DNA of 64,000 nucleotides from NCBI GenBank assembly GCA_050248855.1, contig JBFWRP010000012.1:1-64000 (forward strand), read 5' to 3'. This stretch comes from Planctomycetota bacterium. Lineage in GTDB: Bacteria; Planctomycetota; PLA2; JAEUHO01. Positions within the stretch are counted from its first letter, which is position 1, and each line of letters opens with the position of its first letter. The notes below the pieces were generated by a model. That model was given only the letters and a program-made list of their open reading frames with translations. It searched no databases and had not been told where the DNA came from. Positions 53,806 to 62,759 of this stretch are shown in pieces. A program made the position numbers and the translations under genes.

Positions 53806-54358
53806 CGCTCCGCCCAGGCCGAGGTGCCCCCGCTGGTCGATGCCGGGCCAGGCTCCCGACGCGCTGTCGCGGCCGCGAGTTGATGCCCGTGGCCCGGCTT
53901 GCAAGCGGCTTGGGTACTGCACTTCTCCTCACCTCCGATCCGCGTCACTGACCCTAGCCTGGGGGCCCGACGATGTTCGCCTCGCGCCAGCGATCCAGCG
54001 GGCCAGGGGGCTGCCGGCCGAGATCGGAGCGAGGCCGCTCGTGTGGAGGATGGATCCCTGCCGGGCGGTGGCCCCCAGATGCACTGCATTCGCCGCCCGC
54101 CGCCCAACCCCCTAGCGGTTCGAAGCCCTGAATTCCGGGCGCGCACGGTCGCAGCGCCACGTCGGCCGACTTGTCCCTAACATCGGTTAGGTTCCCGCCG
54201 CCCCCGGAGGGCCCGCCCGCCCTCCGCCGCCGGACCCGGGGTCCGGTGTGTGGGCCCGGGAAGGAGGCGCTTGGACCGTGCGCGGGCGATGCGTGAGCTT
54301 GAAGAGGCAAGGGCGCTGATGGGGGACGCGGAGCTGGGCCAGCTGATCGAGCGCTGGC

Positions 54359-54610
54359 TCAGGAGGAACGCCGCGCCACCTCCTGCCGCACGGTCCGGAC
54401 GAGATCCTCGAGCCGATCGGCCGGCAAGAGGCCGATCAGGTCGGCGACCGCCTCCGGCGTCCACGCCCTAGGCCAGGGCGTCTTGGCGTCGTCGAGGTAC
54501 GACCACGGCGCACCCAGCAATTGCTCCAAGAGGGCCACGTAGCGGCTCTCCGGCAGCGTTGAGCCGTCTCGCCACCGCAGCACGGTGCCCGGGTTCACCT
54601 TCTCGCCGAG
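54359..54610 (-). pseudogene. 5'-deleted copy of the XRE HTH gene
   Basis: Matches 48508-48759 and breaks exactly at the tandem motif 54611-54668. Confidence 0.8.
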
Positions 54611-54668
54611 GAGTACCGAGTGCGGGCGAATCCCAGGAGTACCGAGTGCGGGCAAATCCCATGAACTA
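54611..54668. repeat. Tandem direct copies of the GTACCGAGTGCGGGC(A/G)AATCCCA motif
   Basis: Two adjacent copies (54611-54636, 54637-54668) of the arm of the 48926-49000 inverted repeat. Confidence 0.85.
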
Positions 54669-54859
54669 GCGTGACCCGGGCACTTGCCGCATGCGGCAGA
54701 CCAAGCCGCTAGGGGGATCGCAAGGGCCGGCGGCAGCGCTTCGACACTCCGGGGCGCCTGCGTCACTTGATGAAGACCGCGCCGGAGCCACTCCGATCAC
54801 CCAAGCAGCCAGCGGCCGGGCTGGGCCTGTCGGGCCCGTGCGATAGGGAGCGTGCGAGG

Positions 54860-54909
54860 TGGTATCCCCGGCAGGACTCGAACCTGCGACCCCCGGTTTA
54901 GGAAACCGG
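54860..54909 (-). repeat. tRNA-Arg(CCT) 3'-half duplication (att core), copy 3; prophage boundary
   Basis: Full anticodon stem CCGGT-TTCCTAA-ACCGG through CCA; about 350 bp from the integrase. Confidence 0.9.
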
Positions 54910-55256
54910 GAAGGGCGCGCGAGAACGCGCGCTGCCCTGTCACGCGCGCCGCCCGCAAACGGCCATTCCATGCGGGTTTGCGGGCGCCGCTCTCTCCGGC
55001 CGCCTGCGACGCCGAGGACGTAGGGACCCCTTGGTTACAGCACATGTGCTGGTACGGAGCAGAACGCGCTCTGGATCGACGCCCGTTCCGCGCCGGATCG
55101 ACGCCGGATCGCACTAGGCAGCCATCCGGTGGGGGAGCGGCGGATTCTGGCGCGTGGCGCGCCCTCCGTACCGAGGGTCACGGCGTCCGCGGAAGCCTGT
55201 TCGATGGTGTCCCTGGCCCGAGGTAGGGTCGCGCCCCGCACCGGAGGTCACGCCCC

Positions 55257-56282
55257 TTGCCCTGGCTCCGCTCTCGTACCGAACGCTCGTCTGGGATCAC
55301 GACCTGGGCCATCGAGTGGCGCGAGGGCGGTCGCGGCGGCAAGGTGCGCGCGCGGCAACTCGGCGCCGTTACCGAGAAGGAGGCCGAGTTCGAGCTCGCC
55401 GCCATGCAGGCGGGCAAGACCACGCGCCGCGAGAAGCGCATGATCGACGCGGCGAGAGCCGTCGAGGAGTACCTCCGGCACCTCAAGGCCTCCGGCCGTC
55501 GCGACGGCACGATCGAGCATGACCGAGACAAGCTGACTCCGCTCGTCGCCGCATGGAGTGGCACGCCGCTCTCGACCTGGTCGCGCACCATGCTCGAGGG
55601 ATTCCTCACGGACCGCGAGTGGGCCCCGTACCGCGTCCGCAACGCTCTCGGGGTCTATCGTCGCTTCGTGAAGTGGTGCGAAGCCGTCGGCTACGTCTGC
55701 GGGGACTTCGTCGCGGGGTTCAAGCCCCCCCGCGCGCGCCCGGCCAACGAGCGCGAGGCCCTCACCGCCGAGCAGGCCCGGAAGCTCCTCGACGCCGCCC
55801 GGGGCCACTACCTGGAGGTCCCCGTCGCGCTGGCGCTTCTCTCGGGCCTCTCCCGGGCAGACCTGCGCACAACCACTTGGGGGGAGATCGACCTCGACGC
55901 CGGCTTCATCACGCGCCCCCGGCACAAGACGGGGACGCGCCTGCGGCTCCCGATCTCAGCCCCGCTCGCGGAGGTGCTGAGGCGCCACCGGCAGCGCTCG
56001 GGGCTCGTCTGCCGCGATCTACCGGCCTCGGACTCCTCCCTTTACAAGGCCCTCCACCGCCTCTGCGACCGCGCTGGGGTTCCCCGGGGCGGGTGGCACA
56101 CGCTGCGCCACACCGCGGCTACACTCCTCGCCGCCGCCGGGACGGACGTGGCCACGATCGGCCGGATCCTGGGTCACCGGCCGGGGAGCGTCGTGACGCT
56201 GCGGTACCTGCACACGGACGACGACCGGCTTCGGGAAGCCGCCGAGGCCGTCGCCGTTGCTGTCCAGCGGGCGCAGGTCTAG
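55257..56282 (+). CDS. Tyrosine recombinase/phage integrase
   Basis: GGAGG RBS + TTG; SGLSRADL, RHKTG, WHTLRHT, ILGH and TLRY motifs. Confidence 0.92.
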   Translation: MPWLRSRTERSSGITTWAIEWREGGRGGKVRARQLGAVTEKEAEFELAAMQAGKTTRREKRMIDAARAVEEYLRHLKASGRRDGTIEHDRDKLTPLVAAWSGTPLSTWSRTMLEGFLTDREWAPYRVRNALGVYRRFVKWCEAVGYVCGDFVAGFKPPRARPANEREALTAEQARKLLDAARGHYLEVPVALALLSGLSRADLRTTTWGEIDLDAGFITRPRHKTGTRLRLPISAPLAEVLRRHRQRSGLVCRDLPASDSSLYKALHRLCDRAGVPRGGWHTLRHTAATLLAAAGTDVATIGRILGHRPGSVVTLRYLHTDDDRLREAAEAVAVAVQRAQV

Positions 56283-56285
56283 TCG

Positions 56286-58892
56286 ATGGGTCACCTCCAC
56301 GAGGAGATCAGCACGCGGGTACGCCGTTGGCGCGAGGAGGGGTATCCATCCGACTACCCGGCACTTGCCGAGATCCTAGAGTTCGCTGAGGAAGATGGTG
56401 GCGCGCGTCGTTACCTTCGCAGCCCTCAGCTCGCGGCTCTTGAGACCTACTGGTACCTCCGCCTGGTGGAGATGACGCCCCACGTCCTCGGGCTCTATCA
56501 GCGCGTCTATCAGAGGCAGTCCGAACTCATGGCAGCGCTCGGCCTCGACCAGGACGCCATCCGGAACATCGTGTTGGACGAGGGCGTCGATGCTCTCTGG
56601 AGACGCATCCGGGAGGACGACGATCTCGTCCGCGACTTCCGGCTTGAGGCTCTCCGCGAAACACTGACCCTGGCCTATGCCTCCTACATCCTCGCGCTCG
56701 CAATGGGTGCGGGGAAGACGGTGCTCATTGGGGCCATCGTCGCGACCGAGTTCGCCATGGCGATCGAGTACCCCGAAGGCCCCTTCGTCCAGAACGCGCT
56801 CGTATTCGCCCCGGGCAAGACGATCATCGAGTCGCTACGCGAACTCGTCTCGGTTCCCTACGACCGCATCTTGCCGCCGCGCCTGCACAGGCCCTTCTCC
56901 GCGAGCGTGAAGTTCACCTTCACGCGGGACGGAGAGAAGGACATCCCGGTCATCCGGGGCTCGTCCTGGAACGTCGTGGTCACGAACACGGAGAAGATCC
57001 GCATCCAGAAGGAGACGGTCCGCAAGGCGGACATGGGCGGGTGGTTCGCACCCGGTCGAGAGGACGAGGTCCGGGCCGAGGTCGCCAACCTCCGTCTCCA
57101 GGCCATCGCTTCTCTTCCGCACCTCGCGGTCTTCTCGGACGAGGCGCACCACACCTACGGGCAGTCGCTCGACGCGGACCTGAAGAAGGTCCGCAAGACC
57201 GTGGACTACCTCGCCGCCCAAACGAACGTGGTCGTCGTCGTAAACACGACGGGGACTCCTTACTTCCAGCGCCAGCCGCTACGCGACGTGGTCATCTGGT
57301 ACGGCCTCTCCCAGGGAATCCGCGACGACATCCTCAAGGACCTAGCCGGGAACATCCAGGCCTACGAGTTCGAGGGGGACGCGAGGAAGTACGTCGCGCA
57401 CGTGGTTGAGGACTTCTTCCGAGACTATGGGGACGTCCGCCTCCCGAACGGCGCCCCTGCGCGCATGGCCATGTACTTCCCGCAGACAGATGACTTGAAG
57501 GCGCTTCGGCCGATCGTCGAGAAGACGCTCCTACGTCTCGGTCTGGCACCGGACCTGTGCCTGACGAACACCTCGGACGAGTCCCTCACGAAACAGGCCG
57601 ACATCGATGCCTTCAATCGACTCAACGATCCCGCCGCTCCCCACCGCGTGATCCTCCTCGTCAACAAGGGGACGGAGGGGTGGAACTGCCCGAGCCTCTT
57701 TGCCTGCGCGCTCGCGCGCAGGCTCAAGACCTCGAACAACTTCGTCCTCCAGGCAGCCACACGCTGCCTGCGGCAAGTCCCTGGGAACACGCGCAAGGCC
57801 CGTGTCTACCTGTCCACCGACAACTTCCGCATCCTCGACCGCCAGTTGCAGGAGACCTACGGCGAGTCGATTCGCGGCCTCAACCAGGCCGGGCGCGAGA
57901 GGGCGCGGACCCGAATCGTCCTCCGGAAGGTGGACCTCCCGCCGCTGGTCGTTACCCAGATCGTCCGGACCGTCCTTCGCTGCGAGGAAGCGGCCACAGC
58001 CCTCCGCTTGGAGCGGCCGAAGGGGGCCCCCGAGGCGCTCCGAAAGACCGTCTTCACTCCGGCCGAGGCGCGAGGAGGCGTTCTCCAGCCCCTCGCGCCG
58101 GGCGTGGAGATTGAGGCCGAACCCGAGACGACGGACGTCTACAGCGCCGCTGTGGAACTCGCCGGCCGATATCGGCTCGACATGTGGACCGTGCTGGACG
58201 AGGTTCGGCGCGTGTACGCACCGGAGGCCGTTCCCCTGGAGCACCTCGATGATCTCGCCCGGCAGGTGGAGGGGACGACCCGCCGCTATGAGGTGAGGGA
58301 GGAGAAGGTCGAGGTGGCCCTCGCGCTCATCAAGCCAGAGGGATTCGTGAAGGAGATCGACGCCTCGAAAGCCGAGGTCTACACGGCGGAGATCGTGTAT
58401 CCGAAAGACCGCGAGGAACTCATCCTCGCCTGCGACCAGGTCCGCGAGAACCCTGCCGGCTACGGCTTCCACTACGACCCCTACAACTTCGATTCGCGGC
58501 CAGAGCGAGCCTTCTTCGAGGCTCTCCTCGCGCACCTCAACGTCCAGCCCGCGGAGGTCGAGGACGTGATCTACACGGGCGCCATCACGGACCCGGACAA
58601 GACCGACTTCTTCGTCGAGTACCGGGACGAGAAGGGGCGCATGAGGAGGTATACGCCCGACTTCGTGATCCGCAAGAGGAACGGGCGCGTGCTCATCGTG
58701 GAGGTGAAAGCGGACCGAGAGCGTGCGCACCCGATAGACGGCGAGACGGGCCGCAAGGCAATGGCCGTCCGCCAGTGGCGCGACCTGGATCCGAAGCGCC
58801 TCAAGTACGAGATCCTCTTCACGCCGGAAGAGACGGTGACGGCGGATCAGATGCGTGCTGTGATCGAGTTCGTCCGCGAGAGGGAAGCTTGA
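56286..58892 (+). CDS. res: Type III restriction endonuclease (Res subunit)
   Basis: LRSPQ..ALE, AMGAGKT, SDEAHH and EGWNCP helicase motifs; C-terminal YTPDFVI...IVEVK nuclease motif. Confidence 0.88.
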   Translation: MGHLHEEISTRVRRWREEGYPSDYPALAEILEFAEEDGGARRYLRSPQLAALETYWYLRLVEMTPHVLGLYQRVYQRQSELMAALGLDQDAIRNIVLDEGVDALWRRIREDDDLVRDFRLEALRETLTLAYASYILALAMGAGKTVLIGAIVATEFAMAIEYPEGPFVQNALVFAPGKTIIESLRELVSVPYDRILPPRLHRPFSASVKFTFTRDGEKDIPVIRGSSWNVVVTNTEKIRIQKETVRKADMGGWFAPGREDEVRAEVANLRLQAIASLPHLAVFSDEAHHTYGQSLDADLKKVRKTVDYLAAQTNVVVVVNTTGTPYFQRQPLRDVVIWYGLSQGIRDDILKDLAGNIQAYEFEGDARKYVAHVVEDFFRDYGDVRLPNGAPARMAMYFPQTDDLKALRPIVEKTLLRLGLAPDLCLTNTSDESLTKQADIDAFNRLNDPAAPHRVILLVNKGTEGWNCPSLFACALARRLKTSNNFVLQAATRCLRQVPGNTRKARVYLSTDNFRILDRQLQETYGESIRGLNQAGRERARTRIVLRKVDLPPLVVTQIVRTVLRCEEAATALRLERPKGAPEALRKTVFTPAEARGGVLQPLAPGVEIEAEPETTDVYSAAVELAGRYRLDMWTVLDEVRRVYAPEAVPLEHLDDLARQVEGTTRRYEVREEKVEVALALIKPEGFVKEIDASKAEVYTAEIVYPKDREELILACDQVRENPAGYGFHYDPYNFDSRPERAFFEALLAHLNVQPAEVEDVIYTGAITDPDKTDFFVEYRDEKGRMRRYTPDFVIRKRNGRVLIVEVKADRERAHPIDGETGRKAMAVRQWRDLDPKRLKYEILFTPEETVTADQMRAVIEFVREREA

Positions 58893-60802
58893 TGGCCAAA
58901 CCCAAGAGTCGCCGGCCCGCCAAGAAGGCGGCACACCAGAAGCCGGATGTCGCCTCGGCTGCCGCCCCGGCGCCCGAGCACGCCGAAGTGGCCGTGACCC
59001 CCGCCAAGGGGCGCCCCATGCTCCACTGGGTCGGGAAGCGTCCGCTGTCGTCAGTGAAGTTCTTCCCGGCGCAGCACGTCGAGACCTTCGAGCCCACGGG
59101 CGGCGCACTGCGCGCGGAGGCCTGGGCTGACTGGCCGGGAGCGTATCCGAATGGCGGCCTCCTGTTCCACGGGGACAATAAGGAGGTTCTCGGCCACCTC
59201 CTGGCCTCCGGTTTCCGCGGGAAGGTGAATCTCGTTTACATCGACCCGCCCTTCGATTCGGGGGCGGACTACGTCAGGCGAGTCTCCCTGCGGGGCCCCA
59301 GGGGCAAGGCCAAGATCGAGGGTGAGTCCTACACGCTCGGGGAGCAGATCCAATACGCTGATATCTGGGCAAACGACAACTATCTCCAGTTCATGTTCGA
59401 GCGACTCAGCCTCATCAAGGAGTGCCTCGCTGACGGCGGCTCAATCTTCCTCCATTGTGACAGTAGTCGCGGGCACCTTCTGCGATGTGTGATGGACGAG
59501 GTATTCGGGTCTAGTGGGTTTCTGAACGAGATCATTTGGAGCTATCGCCGCTGGCCCGCCGATGTCCGCGCGTTTCAGACTATGCACGACTCGATCCTGT
59601 GGTACTCGGTCGGAAGACCTGGCGGTCACATATTCCACAAGGAGTTCGAGCCTGCATCGGCGAGCTACCTGAAGCGCTTCGGAGGCAAGACTCAGAAGCT
59701 CGACGAGGAGACGGGCACTCGCAAGATCACGACAGAGGATGAAACGAAGGGGATGCCGCTTCGCGATGTGTGGGACATCTCCATCATCGCGGGATTCAAG
59801 GCCGAACGAACCGGCTACCCCACGCAGAAGCCCGAGGCCCTGCTCGAGCGCATAATCAGGTGTTGCTCGAATCCCGGCGATCTCGTCCTCGACTGCTTCA
59901 TAGGATCGGGCACAACCGCGGCTGTGGCGCAGCGCCTTGGCCGCCGCTGGATCGGCGCCGACATTAACAAGGGCGCAATCCAGACGACCGCAAAGAGGCT
60001 CCAGTCGAGTATTCAGGAACAGGCGACGGAGACCGAAGCGCGGCTGGAGACGGAAGGAGATGGGGCGCCTGCGCCGGCACAGACGTCGTTCACCGTCTGG
60101 CGTGTCAACGACTATGACCTCGCCATCCAGCACAACGAGGCTGTAAACCTCGCGTGCGAGAAGTTGGGCGTTGAACGGAAACGGACGGACCCCTTCTTCG
60201 ACGGCACGCTCGGGAAGTCCCTCGTCAAGATCGTCCCCTTCGGCCATGGTCTCACCCCCCTCGACCTTGAGGAGGTCAAGCGCGAGTTGGAGGCAAGGCC
60301 GGACGAGGACCGGCCCGTCACCATGGTCGCCCTCGGGATCGAGTTGGCGGCGAAGGCATGGGTGGAGGACTGGAACCGCCTCCGGAAGGGTAGGGAGGCC
60401 GTGAACCGGATCGCGGTGATCGACCTCCGGGCCGACCCCAAACACGGCGGCTTCCTGCGCCACGAACCGGCAAAGGCGAAGGTGAAGATCTCGCGCAGCA
60501 AGGACCGAGTCACAGTTGAGATCGAGGACTTCGTCTCACCCTCCATCATCGAGCGTCTCCGAGAGCAGGCGGGGATCCTGAGTCCCAAGATCGACGACTG
60601 GCGCGCGATGGTGGACTGCGTGATGGTGGACCCCGCCTACGATGGGGATGTGTTCAAGGTGTCCCTCACTGACGTTCCCGAACGCAAGAGCGATCTCGTT
60701 GCCGGGACCTATGTGGTGCACGCCCCCGCGGGCCCGACGACCGTCGCCGTGAAGATCATCGACATGTTGGGGGAGGAAGTCCTCATTACCAAGGAGCTGT
60801 GA
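58892..60802 (+). CDS. mod: Type III R-M amino-DNA methyltransferase (Mod subunit)
   Basis: YIDPPF, YPTQKPEALL and DCFIGSGTT (beta-class order); TGATG coupling to res. Confidence 0.92.
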   Translation: MAKPKSRRPAKKAAHQKPDVASAAAPAPEHAEVAVTPAKGRPMLHWVGKRPLSSVKFFPAQHVETFEPTGGALRAEAWADWPGAYPNGGLLFHGDNKEVLGHLLASGFRGKVNLVYIDPPFDSGADYVRRVSLRGPRGKAKIEGESYTLGEQIQYADIWANDNYLQFMFERLSLIKECLADGGSIFLHCDSSRGHLLRCVMDEVFGSSGFLNEIIWSYRRWPADVRAFQTMHDSILWYSVGRPGGHIFHKEFEPASASYLKRFGGKTQKLDEETGTRKITTEDETKGMPLRDVWDISIIAGFKAERTGYPTQKPEALLERIIRCCSNPGDLVLDCFIGSGTTAAVAQRLGRRWIGADINKGAIQTTAKRLQSSIQEQATETEARLETEGDGAPAPAQTSFTVWRVNDYDLAIQHNEAVNLACEKLGVERKRTDPFFDGTLGKSLVKIVPFGHGLTPLDLEEVKRELEARPDEDRPVTMVALGIELAAKAWVEDWNRLRKGREAVNRIAVIDLRADPKHGGFLRHEPAKAKVKISRSKDRVTVEIEDFVSPSIIERLREQAGILSPKIDDWRAMVDCVMVDPAYDGDVFKVSLTDVPERKSDLVAGTYVVHAPAGPTTVAVKIIDMLGEEVLITKEL

Positions 60803-60848
60803 TCCTCGGCTCTGCAACATCGGGGTACGCTGGTAGCGCTCCTGTTGG

Positions 60849-61133
60849 CTACATCGCCAGCGAAGCAATCGCCGCCGCAGCCGCCGTACCCACGACCCAG
60901 GCGACGATGCCCCACTTGAGCCGGTGCTCCCCGACGGCGGCGAAGAGGCGCATCACGCGCTCCTCCAGAGCATCAACTCGAGCCTCGACCTCGGCGGCCT
61001 GCTGGCGCGCGTCGATGACGGACTGCGTCGCCCACTGGTCGTGGCGCCCGGCCCAGTCCTCGATCCGGCGCAGGCGGCGCGCCGGATCGTCGGACTCGGC
61101 CGGGGCGAAGCGGGGGCCACGCTCGTAGCTCAT
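60849..61133 (-). CDS. Small coiled-coil + C-terminal TM phage protein (holin-like)
   Basis: 94 aa; coiled coil then WGIVAWVVGTAAAAAIASLAM; ATGA overlap with the upstream gene. Confidence 0.6.
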   Translation of the reverse strand: MSYERGPRFAPAESDDPARRLRRIEDWAGRHDQWATQSVIDARQQAAEVEARVDALEERVMRLFAAVGEHRLKWGIVAWVVGTAAAAAIASLAM

Positions 61134-61888
61134 GCCCCCTTCAGCACGCCCGCCGTGTGGAGGGCGGCCTCCAGCGCGTCGAGACGGGACGGGGCATCCG
61201 TCAGACGCTCCTCGGGCTCCAGGCGCCCGCCGGAGCCCACGAAGGGGGCGTCGTCCTGGTGGGCGACAACCTCGCGGCTCTCGCGCTTGGCCTGCTCGAG
61301 GACGGCCTTCGCCTCGCGCTTGCGCTTCTCGTTGAGGACCAGGAGGAGCCCGGTGCTGATGGCCCAGGAGAGGAGCCCCCAGGGCGTGCTGTCCTTCGGT
61401 CCCTCGATGTCGAGGCCCTGGCCCTCGGCATCGCGCCAGGCCTCCTCGGCCTTGGCGAGCCGGTTGTTCGCGGCCGTCACCCGCGTGGAGAATTCGTCCG
61501 TCCACGCGCGCGCCCGCTCTGCGCGCTCCCGAGCCTGGGTCGCCTCTGCGGCTGCCTCCGTGGCACGGCGGCGGGCGCGATCGAGGTGCTCCTGCGTGGC
61601 CTCGCCCGCAGCGACCTGGCGTTCCAGGTCCTCGGCGGTGGCCACGGCGCTGGCGCGGGCGGCCTCGGCCTCCGCGGCCACGCGGGCGGCCTCCTGAGTC
61701 CGCTGTTCGGCGGTCGCCACCTCGGCGCGAGCGGCCTCGACTTGGCGGGCGACATCCGGGTCGGGGGGCGGGACGGCGGGCTTCACGCCCACGCCGAGTT
61801 CGACCCCCTGGCAGGCCGCTAGGCCCGCCAGCAGCAGGGCGGCGACGGCGGCGCCGCGGGATGTCAGGGCGTTGGCGAGAGCCTTCAC
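61130..61888 (-). CDS. Phage lipoprotein with long coiled coil and C-proximal TM (spanin-like)
   Basis: LAAC lipobox, Ala/Glu/Arg coiled coil, PWGLLSWAISTGLLLVL TM followed by basic residues. Confidence 0.68.
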   Translation of the reverse strand: MKALANALTSRGAAVAALLLAGLAACQGVELGVGVKPAVPPPDPDVARQVEAARAEVATAEQRTQEAARVAAEAEAARASAVATAEDLERQVAAGEATQEHLDRARRRATEAAAEATQARERAERARAWTDEFSTRVTAANNRLAKAEEAWRDAEGQGLDIEGPKDSTPWGLLSWAISTGLLLVLNEKRKREAKAVLEQAKRESREVVAHQDDAPFVGSGGRLEPEERLTDAPSRLDALEAALHTAGVLKGA

Positions 61889-62196
61889 CGGCCACCGCCA
61901 GCGCCGTCGGCGTGGTGGGGGGGCGGCACGGCCGGGCTATGTGCGTCACAGCCGCCGTCCGGGCAGCCGGGCGTGGGCGGGGACACGGGTTCCGCGGCCT
62001 TGCCGGTGCGCAGGCCGTAGCGGCCGAGGTTGACCTGTCCGGCACCGCCCACTCCGTCCTGGGGACCGGCGAACACGCGGGCGCCGCCGCCGACGCCGGG
62101 CTGCAGGTCGAGCGCGCTCGACGGGCCGGGGCCGGACTGGCAGGAGCAGAGGAAGAGGAGCGCGCAGAGCGCGAGAACGATGACCAGCGGGCGCAT
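61885..62196 (-). CDS. Small Pro/Gly-rich phage lipoprotein
   Basis: GGAGG RBS; MRPLVIVLALCALLFLCSC signal; GTGA overlap with the next gene. Confidence 0.65.
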   Translation of the reverse strand: MRPLVIVLALCALLFLCSCQSGPGPSSALDLQPGVGGGARVFAGPQDGVGGAGQVNLGRYGLRTGKAAEPVSPPTPGCPDGGCDAHSPAVPPPHHADGAGGGR

Positions 62197-62369
62197 GAGA
62201 GCCTCCGTGTGGAGGGGCCGGCCCGCTGGAGGGGGACTGCCCTCAAGACTGTGTGCCCAGCATAACTGCACGCAGCCCCAGAGCGTCCCCCTCAAGGTGT
62301 AGGGTCGCGGCCCCGTGCAGCAGTGAGGGCTGCCGCCGGCGGCCAGCATCGTGAGAGCGACTCCAACCC

Positions 62370-62753
62370 ATGAGCGAAGCCGATTCCGCGCCTGACGGCG
62401 AAGCCGACGAAGATCGCGACGAGGAAGTTCCGGTCGGCTTCTGGGAGGCCCTCCGGGATGTATTGACGGACTCGCGTGGATCGAAGTCCCTCGGGGACTT
62501 GGCGGACAGGATCGCGACGCCAATCATCAAGGGCAAGACGATCGAAGCGCGCACCCTGCGCCGACGGCTGCACCTCGCCGATCGGTACTACCAGCGAGGG
62601 CAGTGCCTTCGCTATGGCCTCTCACTCTTCGTGCTCGCCGCGGTCGTTTGGCTGTCCCTCGCAGGTCAGATCCCCAGGGATGCGCTCACTCCGCTGCTTG
62701 CCGGCATCGTTGGGTCTCTCTTCGTAACACCGAGGAAGCCGGACGGAGGCTAG
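62370..62753 (+). CDS. Small two-TM membrane protein (moron-like)
   Basis: Opposite strand to the flanking phage genes; two C-terminal TM helices. Confidence 0.65.
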   Translation: MSEADSAPDGEADEDRDEEVPVGFWEALRDVLTDSRGSKSLGDLADRIATPIIKGKTIEARTLRRRLHLADRYYQRGQCLRYGLSLFVLAAVVWLSLAGQIPRDALTPLLAGIVGSLFVTPRKPDGG

Positions 62754-62759
62754 CGGCGA

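Larger units (their letters stand above)
51657..54859. mobile_element. Integrase-less tRNA-integrated element, unit 2
   Basis: Bounded by att cores 2 and 3; same backbone blocks as unit 1, different and visibly more AT-rich cargo. Confidence 0.8.

Noticed and set aside
48300..54200. Classical integron attC array
   Set aside because: Only isolated GTTRRRY-like words; no complete attC hairpins, and the integrase shows no recognisable IntI features.
44965..54909. Intact tRNA genes or a CRISPR array
   Set aside because: All three copies lack the 5' half and D-arm and are kilobases apart; no repeat-spacer periodicity or cas genes seen in the window.
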